DNA of 64,000 bases from assembly GCA_017548985.1 (NCBI GenBank), contig JAFYYW010000009.1, positions 5,290 to 69,289 on the forward strand, given 5' to 3'. Numbering within the stretch: the first letter of the stretch is position 1; every line of letters begins with the position of its first letter. Positions 17,397 to 26,321 of this stretch are shown here, one piece after another. The notes under the pieces were generated by a model. The model was not told the DNA's origin and searched no databases. It saw only the letters and a program-made list of their open reading frames with translations. Source of the stretch: Bacteroidales bacterium (GTDB taxonomy: Bacteria; Bacteroidota; Bacteroidia; Bacteroidales; UBA932). The translations under genes were made by a program, and so were the position numbers.

Positions 17397-18912
17397 TCTC
17401 CGCGATCATACACCTGGCCGATCCGCCGCCAACCGCCTCTATGTGAGGGACCGGGACGTCCAGAATCTTCCCGAAACCACTCAAAGTCTCCAGTTGCCCG
17501 GGAGTCAGGCTTTCCTTTGCGGTCTGTGACATCACGAGGAGTCTTTCTCCATGGATATTCCTCACTTCCAACACATTACCGGCAAAATGGCACATCTGAT
17601 CGTAAGAGATGCGCACTATCTTCCTGCCAGAATCTGACAGATTTGACTCGATGACCTCTAACTCAAGAGGAGATATTACCACATCCTCGCAAAGAATGGC
17701 GAACTTCTCACCGATTGACATCACCACGTTGGTGTGGTAGATTGGATTGCCGCCACGGTCAACCGCGTCAAAAAGGATGGAGTTGTAACCCATTTTGCGA
17801 CAGAAATCGTCCAAGACCATCTCGGAGGTCCGGGGAGAGCGGCAGGCATAGGCTACCCTTCCCTTCCGGTCCAGGACCATGCTTCCTGTGCTCTCGAGGA
17901 ATTTGCCCTTGTCTTCCCAGTAAGACAAATCCAGGATCCTCTTCGTTCCCGCGGCTCCCATAATCGTCCTTATGATGGCAGGATCACGCTCCAGCCGACG
18001 GTTTAGGGCGAACATCGGATAAAGGACAAGGGTCCCGTCTGCGTGGGTTGAGAACCAATTGTTCGGGAATATCGAATCGGGAGTACATGGCTCCGGTGTG
18101 TCCTCAACCACCACCACAGGGACATCGCGCTCTTTTAAAAGACTCACCATCCCGTCGAACTCCTCAAGGGCATACTTCTGCGCGTCCTCCCGCGAAGATG
18201 AATGCTGGAAAACGTTACTGGAAGCCGTCTGCTCATTGAAACCAAAACAGACCGGCCTTACCATCAACAATTTGGTGACCTCCTCCTTTCGTTTTGAGCA
18301 AGCGAGCGATAACATCATATTGCGGACAGAAAACACGATGGAGAACTGGCCTATGGCAAGAACCCAGTCATGGCGGATAAGGCCGTAGATGATAATCATC
18401 ACAGATCCTATAACCGCCATCACCCAATGGCCGGTGGGAAGTATGGACGCCTTGCGGCGGTAACTATATATAAGCTGGTAAACAGAACGGAGCTCGTAAA
18501 CCGCTTGGCCGGCCACACCGAAAAGGAGGAGTTTTAACGGCACATATTCATTGTGGATGAATGTCTCCTTGAAAGACGGGAAATCCCTGACTATCAACGC
18601 CAAGATTACCAAAGGGAAAAGCGCCTGGAGTACTACCACAAAACGAGGGACCCTCTTGTAAAGGCCGAGGATGCTGATGTTCCACATGTAGATGTAGTAG
18701 CCCACACTCTCCCCGAATATGATTGAGAAATCCTTCCTCAACCAGCCGTAGAGATACAGCACAACAGCCCCCAAACTGCTCAGGACCCAGTATATTCCCG
18801 GAGACTCCACCTTCTTGGATTTCTCCGACATGTACCATTGGATCAGGATCCTCAGGCCATATATGCCCATTCCGGCCAGGCCCAACAGATATACCCATAC
18901 AGGACTGTCCAT
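17383..18912 (-). CDS. Fusion of two LAB_N (lipid-A-disaccharide synthase N-terminal-like) membrane repeats with a CtlX-like amidinotransferase/pentein hydrolase
   Basis: GQ..F..R...Q(W/L)..S..P..(Y/H)W repeats in the first ~205 aa, then LLMVRP..FGFN, FPNNWFSTH, HTNVVMS and GGGSARCM. Confidence 0.8.
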   Translation of the reverse strand: MDSPVWVYLLGLAGMGIYGLRILIQWYMSEKSKKVESPGIYWVLSSLGAVVLYLYGWLRKDFSIIFGESVGYYIYMWNISILGLYKRVPRFVVVLQALFPLVILALIVRDFPSFKETFIHNEYVPLKLLLFGVAGQAVYELRSVYQLIYSYRRKASILPTGHWVMAVIGSVMIIIYGLIRHDWVLAIGQFSIVFSVRNMMLSLACSKRKEEVTKLLMVRPVCFGFNEQTASSNVFQHSSSREDAQKYALEEFDGMVSLLKERDVPVVVVEDTPEPCTPDSIFPNNWFSTHADGTLVLYPMFALNRRLERDPAIIRTIMGAAGTKRILDLSYWEDKGKFLESTGSMVLDRKGRVAYACRSPRTSEMVLDDFCRKMGYNSILFDAVDRGGNPIYHTNVVMSIGEKFAILCEDVVISPLELEVIESNLSDSGRKIVRISYDQMCHFAGNVLEVRNIHGERLLVMSQTAKESLTPGQLETLSGFGKILDVPVPHIEAVGGGSARCMIAEIICC

Positions 18913-18914
18913 GC

Positions 18915-20753
18915 CTATTCGGGATTAAGAGTTCCGTAGAAATGGCGGAATACCATTTCGCCTGTCTCCTTCGGTAACGGGCGTACGAGAGAACGCGTCA
19001 TGCCAACGGGAAAGTCGCTCTTATTCAAGACTATCATCCCGTCAAGACAGTTATTGAATGAAGGATCCACATTGAAACAGGAAACTTTGGCTCCACAACT
19101 GAAGTACTTCCTGAAAAGCACCGGAAGCCTGTACTTTCCGTCAGAGATGGCCGCGAGAAGCCTGTCGAAAGCATCAATGTCACCCTTCGGGATCTTGGAG
19201 AGAAGGCCATCCGGATTGACCCGCAGGAAATCCGGATGGAATGGATTCGGGGCCGTGGCGAAACTATCGGCATTTTCCATAAGGAAGTCCCTTTCCAAGA
19301 AATAGATGGCGAGGCTCTTATAAAAGTCCGGAAGAGCGTTACTGATACTCACTGTACCGATGCTGTAATTTGCCTGGGGATCTGTCGCCATAGCGACCGC
19401 GAGACCGGAAAGCATCAATTTCAAGGGAAGGACCTCCCGCTGGTACTTAAGGGAGAGGAACGACCTGCCAAGCTCCATGCTGTGAGGAAGGATTCTGTCC
19501 GAATCAGGGCCGAATCTCAGAAGGCTGGCCGTGTACAAACCGTCCTTGCCGAGAGCGGGAATAATCCTTGAGCCAAAGCCGACCCGATAGGCTCCCGCTA
19601 TCTCCCCATTAGGTATATTCCATAAAATCAGATGCTTATAATGGCCATCGTAGGAATCCGTGTCATAAGGATTGCCTGTGCCTTCCCCTATCGCGCGGAA
19701 TGTCTCCTCGCGCAACCGGTAAAGCTCCTTCATGGCATCCGGGGCGTCCGAGGCGTCGATAAGGTATCCCTTATAGTCCCCCGCCTGGAAAAGACACTTG
19801 TCCTCAAGCCCGGACATCTGGGATCGGACCAGATCCTGATCCACAGGCTCAATCAAAGGGGTCATCTTGATTCCCTCAGACTCTTTTTGCTCCGGAACAC
19901 ATTGGGCCTCAAGGGCATAAGTCCTATTGCGGAGATAATTCCCGAGGGTCTGGATGTCCATGCCGGCTATCTCCGAGGCGGAAATCGCCTTGCCGATCCT
20001 GACTTTAACAAGGGTGCCGTTCTTGCAGGTCAGCTCCCTGACTAATCTTAAGGTTCTTAACCTGGGATGGATCATCCCGAGGATGTGGAATATTCTCGAG
20101 TTGGTCCCGTCAAAATAGATCGGGATGACGGGAAGCCCTGAGTTCTTGATCAGTTTTGAGATATTCTCCGGCCAAGGCTTGTCTTCAATCACCCGCTTCC
20201 CGCACGGTCCCTGAGCTTGTCGAAGGGCTGTACGCCGCCCCTTCTTCTGGTAGGTCGACACCTCTCCTGTGGGGAAAAGACCGAGGGAACCACCGGAGGC
20301 GATGTGACCAAGGGCTGTACGGATCCCTGTGATGCTTTTCGCTCCTCCTTTCGAGAAATTGTCCACAGGGATGAACCACTTGGTGAGATTACTGACTTTG
20401 GCGAGAAGGAAGGTGGTGAGGATCTTGAAGTCCTCCCTTCTGGAATTAATTATCGCATTGAGTATCAAACCGTCAGCACCGCCGAAAGGATGGTTTGAGA
20501 CAGTCAGGAAACCACCTTCGGAAGGGATATTGCCCAATTGCTCTTCCGGGACCTCATACGAGATTCCGAACCTTCTCAGGACTTCCTCCGAGAAATCCGG
20601 CCCCTCAAGATCCGCGACATATGGGTACACTTTATTAAGCTTCCCGATGCCCAGGATCCTATACAAAGCCCCCGCAACGCACTTTCCCACAAGCCCTTTC
20701 AGCCCTAATGCCTGCCGCAGGCCATCCTTGCTAATCAGTACTTTCTCGTTCAT
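18915..20753 (-). CDS. Two-domain acyltransferase (PlsC-like plus GNAT N-acyltransferase), OlsF-like amino-lipid synthase candidate
   Basis: SNHPFGGADG (HX4D) and LFPTGEVS in the N-half; LYRLREETFRAIGEG and ELGRSF in the C-half; ATG at 20753. Confidence 0.8.
   Translation of the reverse strand: MNEKVLISKDGLRQALGLKGLVGKCVAGALYRILGIGKLNKVYPYVADLEGPDFSEEVLRRFGISYEVPEEQLGNIPSEGGFLTVSNHPFGGADGLILNAIINSRREDFKILTTFLLAKVSNLTKWFIPVDNFSKGGAKSITGIRTALGHIASGGSLGLFPTGEVSTYQKKGRRTALRQAQGPCGKRVIEDKPWPENISKLIKNSGLPVIPIYFDGTNSRIFHILGMIHPRLRTLRLVRELTCKNGTLVKVRIGKAISASEIAGMDIQTLGNYLRNRTYALEAQCVPEQKESEGIKMTPLIEPVDQDLVRSQMSGLEDKCLFQAGDYKGYLIDASDAPDAMKELYRLREETFRAIGEGTGNPYDTDSYDGHYKHLILWNIPNGEIAGAYRVGFGSRIIPALGKDGLYTASLLRFGPDSDRILPHSMELGRSFLSLKYQREVLPLKLMLSGLAVAMATDPQANYSIGTVSISNALPDFYKSLAIYFLERDFLMENADSFATAPNPFHPDFLRVNPDGLLSKIPKGDIDAFDRLLAAISDGKYRLPVLFRKYFSCGAKVSCFNVDPSFNNCLDGMIVLNKSDFPVGMTRSLVRPLPKETGEMVFRHFYGTLNPE
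20206..20227. repeat. REP-like palindrome GGTCCCTGAGCTTGTCGAAGGG in frame in the acyltransferase (reads ALRQAQGP)
   Basis: 18/20 identical to the reverse complement of the repeat at 28062-28081; self-complementary CCCT...AGGG ends. Confidence 0.65.
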
Positions 20754-20811
20754 TGACCTCAAATAAACCGTTAAATATACTGATTTTTTCTTTACGGCGG
20801 TTATCCGGCCG

Positions 20812-20844
20812 GGTAAGGTCGGTTTCCCAGGCCGGAACCTTGCC
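20812..20844. repeat. 9-N15-9 inverted repeat, copy 1 (GGTAAGGTC-N15-AACCTTGCC)
   Basis: Near-identical arms (one mismatch each) and the same 15-nt spacer as the copies at 21575 and 21650. Confidence 0.75.
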
Positions 20845-20895
20845 GGAAAAGAAGTAAAAACATAGGACGGATCTTTATATTGATATATTTTTTTA

Positions 20896-20903
20896 TATCT
20901 TTG
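20896..20903 (+). promoter_or_regulatory. -7 box TATCTTTG for hicAB
   Basis: TAnnTTTG 18 nt before the hicA ATG. Confidence 0.7.
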
Positions 20904-20921
20904 TATGTCTAAACTATAATT

Positions 20922-21116
20922 ATGAAAACAATCAAAGTACGTAGAGTAATCGAACTCTTAGAACGAGATGGATGGAGACTTGTCAGAACTAAAGGTGATC
21001 ACCGTCAATTCAAATGCAGGGATAAACCCGGAACAGTTACTGTCAGTGGAAAGCCAAATGATGATTTAGACCCTTTCCTGTTGCATAGCATTTGGAAGCA
21101 GGCGGGATGGAAATAG
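20922..21116 (+). CDS. hicA: HicA-family toxin
   Basis: 64 aa; LERDGW...KGDHRQFK...TVTVSGK...SIWKQAG. Confidence 0.92.
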   Translation: MKTIKVRRVIELLERDGWRLVRTKGDHRQFKCRDKPGTVTVSGKPNDDLDPFLLHSIWKQAGWK

Positions 21117-21544
21117 TTAAAACAAGAAAAAAGAATGATATGAATAAACTATATATCAATATCGATTGGGTACCTAATAACTTTAGTGCAGTGCCGGCTG
21201 ATGAAGGCCTCGCTTGTGTTGCCACAGGAAACACTCTGGAAGAAGTAAAGGAGAATATTATAAGTGCCTTGAAGTTTCATGTGGAAGGCCTTGTCGAGAA
21301 TGGCGACCACGTTCCTGATACACTAAACGGAGAGTGGGTGCCTGAGTTCATCCTTACCACCCGGGCACAACTGAAATACTGCGACCTTTACATTACAAGG
21401 AAGGCATTGGCAAAGGAAACTGGAGTCAACGAACAGCAGCTCAGCCACTACGCCAACGGCCAACGCCATCCCCGTCCCGCCATGCAGCACAGGATTTCCG
21501 ACGGCATCCGCTCCATCCGCGACCGCCTGAACGGAATCTTATAG
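21107..21544 (+). CDS. hicB: HicB-family antitoxin with C-terminal HTH
   Basis: CVATGNTLEEVKENI..AL.FH, then GVNEQQLSHYANG. Start at 21107 or 21140. Confidence 0.88.
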   Translation: MEIVKTRKKNDMNKLYINIDWVPNNFSAVPADEGLACVATGNTLEEVKENIISALKFHVEGLVENGDHVPDTLNGEWVPEFILTTRAQLKYCDLYITRKALAKETGVNEQQLSHYANGQRHPRPAMQHRISDGIRSIRDRLNGIL

Positions 21545-21571
21545 GGTTAGGTCCCACTTACGGAACTGCTA

Positions 21572-21610
21572 ATGGGCAAGGTCGAACTTCATGGTTCTGA
21601 CCTTGCCCAT
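21572..21610. repeat. 9-N15-9 inverted repeat, copy 2 (extends to 12 bp: ATGGGCAAGGTC/GACCTTGCCCAT)
   Basis: Perfect arms at 21572-21583 and 21599-21610. Confidence 0.85.
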
Positions 21611-21649
21611 CAATATTGCACCGCAGGCCCCTCCAGGACATTTTTAACC

Positions 21650-21682
21650 GGCAAGGTCCCCTCAACGGAATTCGACCTTGCC
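21650..21682. repeat. 9-N15-9 inverted repeat, copy 3 (GGCAAGGTC-N15-GACCTTGCC)
   Basis: Perfect arms at 21650-21658 and 21674-21682. Confidence 0.85.
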
Positions 21683-21714
21683 AAGTATGCGAATCTATTT
21701 GATAGTAATAAAGC

Positions 21715-22026
21715 TCAATCTTCTCTTTCTAAACAATACTGTCTACAAATAGTCGGGACACTAGGAGCAAAGCGATAATTCGGAGCATGGATATATTCCG
21801 TTGTTACTTCTCGTCTTGCAGGCTCGATACTGTCAATGATTCGACAAATCCTATCCCAATAGTCTTGGGAGAAATCTATTTCAGCACCCAATCTTCCTTG
21901 AATGTGAATCTGACCATTGTTAATTGAAACAAGAATGAAACTTCTTCTACCCAATGTAGGAATTTGATAAGGAAGTTGTTTAGCTGACAGCCAGTTAAGG
22001 ACCGAATCGTAATCAATAGAATTCAT
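21715..22026 (-). CDS. Hypothetical protein, 103 aa, AT-rich
   Basis: ATG at 22026 follows the stop of the upstream fimbrillin gene (22040); no motif recognised. Confidence 0.6.
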   Translation of the reverse strand: MNSIDYDSVLNWLSAKQLPYQIPTLGRRSFILVSINNGQIHIQGRLGAEIDFSQDYWDRICRIIDSIEPARREVTTEYIHAPNYRFAPSVPTICRQYCLERED

Positions 22027-22039
22027 ATTAATGTTTCTT

Positions 22040-22906
22040 TTAATTCCAGTCAGCGATCTCGCCGCCGATCTCGATTCGGATTGATTCGGTGGAGGTGTTG
22101 AGGGTGACATTGAAGGTGTGGTTCATTCCGGGCTTGAAGTTGAATGAACCCTCGACTAGATACGACACACCGTTCGCGACCATCTCAAAGAGAGGGGTAC
22201 GCGAGGACAGTCTCTGAGGGACAACCACGGCCTCGTAGGTTTCGTCATCCACCTTATGGCAAGTTATAGTCCTTGCAGTTCCGTACGGATCCTTTGTAAC
22301 AGAGCCGGTCGTCAAATCTACTGTAGCGTCCGGGACAGTGCTATGTACATAGAACACGGCGGAAGAAGGAAGGTCTCCGACATAGTCAGCACCCTTGACC
22401 AATTTCAAGGTGATCTTGGACAACTTGTGGCTGAACTGTAGCGGGATAGCGTCCGTCGTGTACGCCACAGAAGCAGCCTTGCCCCACAGAAAATCGCAAG
22501 ATCCATATCCGGCAGACTGATCCTCAAGGATGGAGAACGAATTGGCCGTGATGGATGTAACGTTCTCAAAATAAGGATAGTAGGCGTAGATGTCGCAAAT
22601 ACTTTCTGTTGAAGGCCATTTAACTCCTGAGTCTCCGGTCCATTGTGAGCCGTTGTAGGTTGCCTCAAGGTTATTAACATAGTTGCCGGAGATCTGCAGA
22701 GGAGCAGGAGTCTCTACCACATAAAGGCCGATCTTGTCTCCCGTCTCAAATGCGGTCTCGGTAGCCCTGGTCACCGCCGAAGGATGGACGAAACGGATGT
22801 CCATCTGGCCTGGCTCAACTTCTGTCATCTGCTTCTGGCAGGAAAGCGTGATGAGCGAGACAATCGGAATTAAAAACAATATCTTTTTCATAATCATTCT
22901 CTGCAT
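22040..22906 (-). CDS. Fimbrillin-family (Mfa/BF2867-like) lipoprotein
   Basis: Lipobox TLSC; FETGDKIGLY, YAYYPY, DQS, DFLWG and L.F.H.LS. Confidence 0.82.
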   Translation of the reverse strand: MQRMIMKKILFLIPIVSLITLSCQKQMTEVEPGQMDIRFVHPSAVTRATETAFETGDKIGLYVVETPAPLQISGNYVNNLEATYNGSQWTGDSGVKWPSTESICDIYAYYPYFENVTSITANSFSILEDQSAGYGSCDFLWGKAASVAYTTDAIPLQFSHKLSKITLKLVKGADYVGDLPSSAVFYVHSTVPDATVDLTTGSVTKDPYGTARTITCHKVDDETYEAVVVPQRLSSRTPLFEMVANGVSYLVEGSFNFKPGMNHTFNVTLNTSTESIRIEIGGEIADWN

Positions 22907-22907
22907 A

Positions 22908-25900
22908 TTAAAGGTTAGGATGATCGCCCACGATAATGGGTGCGTGGTGATGATAGTTGGATGAAGAAGAATTCGGGATCCAGGCGGGAGCGGCGTCGAT
23001 GGACGACCGGGTACCGAGCGCCGGGGCGTCCTTCGTGTAGAAGTCCTCCTGGTCGAAAGTTAGGCCAGCGTAGTCCATTATCCGCTCGACAATGGCCTGA
23101 CGGGATATGGCACTGTAATACGGGATATTGTTGTTCATACAACTGTTCGGCTCGCTGCGGAAGATGCCCCGGGTGTGGAAGAAGCCACCCTCATAGATGT
23201 CCACGGTATTGGAATATGTCGGGTGGTACATCAAGTGGCTCCAAGGAACGGCATTACGGTCAGCCGTCTCGGACATATTCTTATACCAACCGTTGGCTTT
23301 GGCAGCCCTGAACTCGTTCAAGTGCGCATTATGGCAATCACAGGCATCAATGAAAGCATTGACATAGATGTACTCATCTCCCAGTTTGCCGAACCCGTGG
23401 CCACCGGCCTCGTGCTGGACAAGACCGCGGAAATCATATGGATAAAGATCAGTGCTCTTCGGACAAAGAGCCAAGGCTGAGCCATCATTCCACATATATG
23501 TCACTCCTCCATAATCGCTACTGTTCAGCACCATAACTACAAGTCCCTTCGTGATGTCCATATTGGAATCAGCTAAGCGGGCATAATTGAATGCTTCCGT
23601 CCCGCTGTTTTGGAGAGAGCCTCCTGTCAATGAGTATTGTGTCCCGAACTTAGCCTCTCTTATCGTATTGACACTTCCTACACTGCTGTCCTCTGACTTG
23701 CCGAACACCACATAAACATCGAAATAGTCTTGATAGCTCTTATATGGCTCAATGTCAAAGAAATAACCGATTGCTTCGCGGGTGTCGGCCAAGTAGCTTC
23801 CGGAAGCTATATCAGCAGCATCGTAGCAATCTCCCAGGAAAACCAGCGGGATTCCGGAACCCATGGAATGGGTTTGCTCGGTCACCACGGATCCGTCGGC
23901 ATAAGAATAATCATACTGCTCTACCGTCAGTGTACTCCTGTAATCTTTTCCATTAAGTAAGAAAACAACCTCACCTGAACGATTTCCTGCACCTGAAGGA
24001 AGAGCATTGACCGTTACAGTCACATCGGTTTTCCCCGTTCCGGAAGAAGGAGAAACAGAAACCCAATCAGGCTTATCCTCTATGCTCCATGATGCTCCAG
24101 ACTCGGCTCGAAGGATGAAGGTCCGGCTTTCTTCCGGATTCAAGGTCTTGTACAGACGGCGGCTGATCGAGAAATCGCGATGTGCCGCAATACGCTGGAA
24201 CTCATTCCAACCAGACGCATAAGTGTAATCGTTAACGCTCGATTCCGGGACTTCAACAGTAAAATTATCTTTTGGAACGCCTCCAAAAGCATTGCTAGAA
24301 ACTACAGGAGGAGTCTCCGCAAGACATGTAATAGACATGACACTGTTACAGTTATCAAACGCCCTCTCCCCAATTGAAGCAATTCCAGAATGGAGATATA
24401 TACCTTGTAACATTGAACAACCTTCAAACACGAGTGGTTCTATCAGCGTTACTTCCGATGGGATGGTTATGGTCCCTGTCAGAGTTTTAATATTTCTAAA
24501 AGCTTGTTCTCCAATTCTCAATATATTGTCTGGAAAATATATACTCGTGAATTGATTACCATTAAAACAACCATCAGAGATATACGTCAAGTTGTCGGGA
24601 AGAACCAGTTCACCTTTAAATGAGCAATTTTTAAAGGCGCTACTCTCGATTTTCTTAAGAGATTTAGGGAGAATCAGCGATGAGAAACCTTTACAATTGA
24701 CAAAACAGAAACTTTTGATTGTTTCAATTCTGTCAGGCAAAGATAATACACCTGTAAATCCGTAGCAATTATTAAAAGCAGTTCCTCCTATTTCCTCCAA
24801 AGAATCAGGGAAGACCAATTTGCCAGTCAAGTTATAGCATCTATAAAAAGCGCTTCCGCCTATTTTTTTGAGATGTAATGGTAGTTCAAGTTGTCCATTT
24901 AGACCTATACAGTTATTAAAAGCACCATCTCCTATTTCTTCAACTAGTTCCGGTAAATCAATAGAAGAAATCTGAGTTCCTCCAAAGGCTTCATTTCCTA
25001 TTATCCTTACAGAATCAGGTAATGATAGTGCACCTGACAAAAGTGTAGCATTAAAAGCCTTATATTCGATTGCCGTAATGGGATTATCATTATTTCCATC
25101 AGGAAAAACAAATGTGTTAAATGTAGTTTTTCCATCAAAAGCGCAACTAGGAATAACCCCTTCCACCACCTTCGTCTCCTGCATATTTACTCCCTGCAGT
25201 ACCGACATATTGTCCCTCATGAAATAGAAGTCGTCGGCATTAACCGTTCCTAAAACCTTGAGGTACTTTATCGCATTCGGGTTCTTTCCGACAGCTGTCA
25301 AGGTCTCGCCGAGGGTGCCGGGGGTCTCGACATTGACGACTACATATTCCTTGGCCACAAACTCGTGGGAGGAGTTGTCATTGGTCCAGGCGGAGATGCT
25401 GGTCTGGACGGTGACTTCGTAGCCTCCGTCGGCCTTCTTGTTGATCGTCACGGCGAAGTTGTGTTGCTTGCCGGGGACATATGTGAAGGCCGAGCCTTCG
25501 CTATAGGTGTAGGCCGTTCCGCCAAGGGTGATGGAGAACAAGGTACTGGCCGAGGACACCGTCTGTGGCACCACAATGGCCCTGAAACCATTCTCGTAAG
25601 CTGCCGGGACAGTGCTACGGGCAGGTACCGCTCCGGTCGCGGTCACCTCTCCAGTGGCCAGGTTGATGGTGGCGTTGCGCTTGACATTGTTGATGAGGAC
25701 GGACTGGCTCATAGACTCGAACTCCCCTGCCGCAAAGCCGGTACCCTCCTCCAAAGTCACGACCACGCAACTCATCCTATGCTGGAACAGAAGCTGGACC
25801 GTGCTGTGGCTCGGCGTTACAGCCTCTCGCTTGGCCCAAAGGAAATCACTGGCTTCGTAGCCGCCCATCGATCCGTGTGCGGAAATTGTACTCTGATCCT

Positions 25901-26315
25901 CCTGCACCTCGAACGGTAATGCCTCGATTGAAGATATGGCGGAAGAATACGGATACATACCGAAAAGATCTACTTTCGTGTTCTTATCCTTGTAGTATAT
26001 GTCATAATCAGGAGTCCAGGTGGACGATCCGTCAAAAGTGAACCGGACGTTGGTCGCCTGGTTATCCTTCAGCATCAGAGTGCCGGGAGTGTCCCCGTCG
26101 TAATTGACTGCCCAGATGCCGACCTGATCCCCCGCGGCAAAGCCGTTGTCGGACGCTCTCGTGACGGCGAGCTGGTTGATGTCGCCTTTCATCGAGATGG
26201 GAACCTTTTCCTCAACAGGAGCGAAAGAATCCTCCTGTACCTGGCAGCCGAAAGCCAAAGCCGTGGCGGCAAGGATGGTTCCAAATAAATATATATTTCT
26301 GATTCTCATATTCAT
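22908..26315 (-). CDS. Multidomain surface lipoprotein: fimbrillin-like N-domain, BspA-type LRRs, BACON, M64-like metallopeptidase
   Basis: Lipobox AFGC; GDQVGIW, DFLWAK; LP..L..IG..AF repeats; WVSVSPSSGTG; HEAGGHGFGKLGDEY. Confidence 0.85.
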   Translation of the reverse strand: MNMRIRNIYLFGTILAATALAFGCQVQEDSFAPVEEKVPISMKGDINQLAVTRASDNGFAAGDQVGIWAVNYDGDTPGTLMLKDNQATNVRFTFDGSSTWTPDYDIYYKDKNTKVDLFGMYPYSSAISSIEALPFEVQEDQSTISAHGSMGGYEASDFLWAKREAVTPSHSTVQLLFQHRMSCVVVTLEEGTGFAAGEFESMSQSVLINNVKRNATINLATGEVTATGAVPARSTVPAAYENGFRAIVVPQTVSSASTLFSITLGGTAYTYSEGSAFTYVPGKQHNFAVTINKKADGGYEVTVQTSISAWTNDNSSHEFVAKEYVVVNVETPGTLGETLTAVGKNPNAIKYLKVLGTVNADDFYFMRDNMSVLQGVNMQETKVVEGVIPSCAFDGKTTFNTFVFPDGNNDNPITAIEYKAFNATLLSGALSLPDSVRIIGNEAFGGTQISSIDLPELVEEIGDGAFNNCIGLNGQLELPLHLKKIGGSAFYRCYNLTGKLVFPDSLEEIGGTAFNNCYGFTGVLSLPDRIETIKSFCFVNCKGFSSLILPKSLKKIESSAFKNCSFKGELVLPDNLTYISDGCFNGNQFTSIYFPDNILRIGEQAFRNIKTLTGTITIPSEVTLIEPLVFEGCSMLQGIYLHSGIASIGERAFDNCNSVMSITCLAETPPVVSSNAFGGVPKDNFTVEVPESSVNDYTYASGWNEFQRIAAHRDFSISRRLYKTLNPEESRTFILRAESGASWSIEDKPDWVSVSPSSGTGKTDVTVTVNALPSGAGNRSGEVVFLLNGKDYRSTLTVEQYDYSYADGSVVTEQTHSMGSGIPLVFLGDCYDAADIASGSYLADTREAIGYFFDIEPYKSYQDYFDVYVVFGKSEDSSVGSVNTIREAKFGTQYSLTGGSLQNSGTEAFNYARLADSNMDITKGLVVMVLNSSDYGGVTYMWNDGSALALCPKSTDLYPYDFRGLVQHEAGGHGFGKLGDEYIYVNAFIDACDCHNAHLNEFRAAKANGWYKNMSETADRNAVPWSHLMYHPTYSNTVDIYEGGFFHTRGIFRSEPNSCMNNNIPYYSAISRQAIVERIMDYAGLTFDQEDFYTKDAPALGTRSSIDAAPAWIPNSSSSNYHHHAPIIVGDHPNL

Positions 26316-26321
26316 AAGTGA

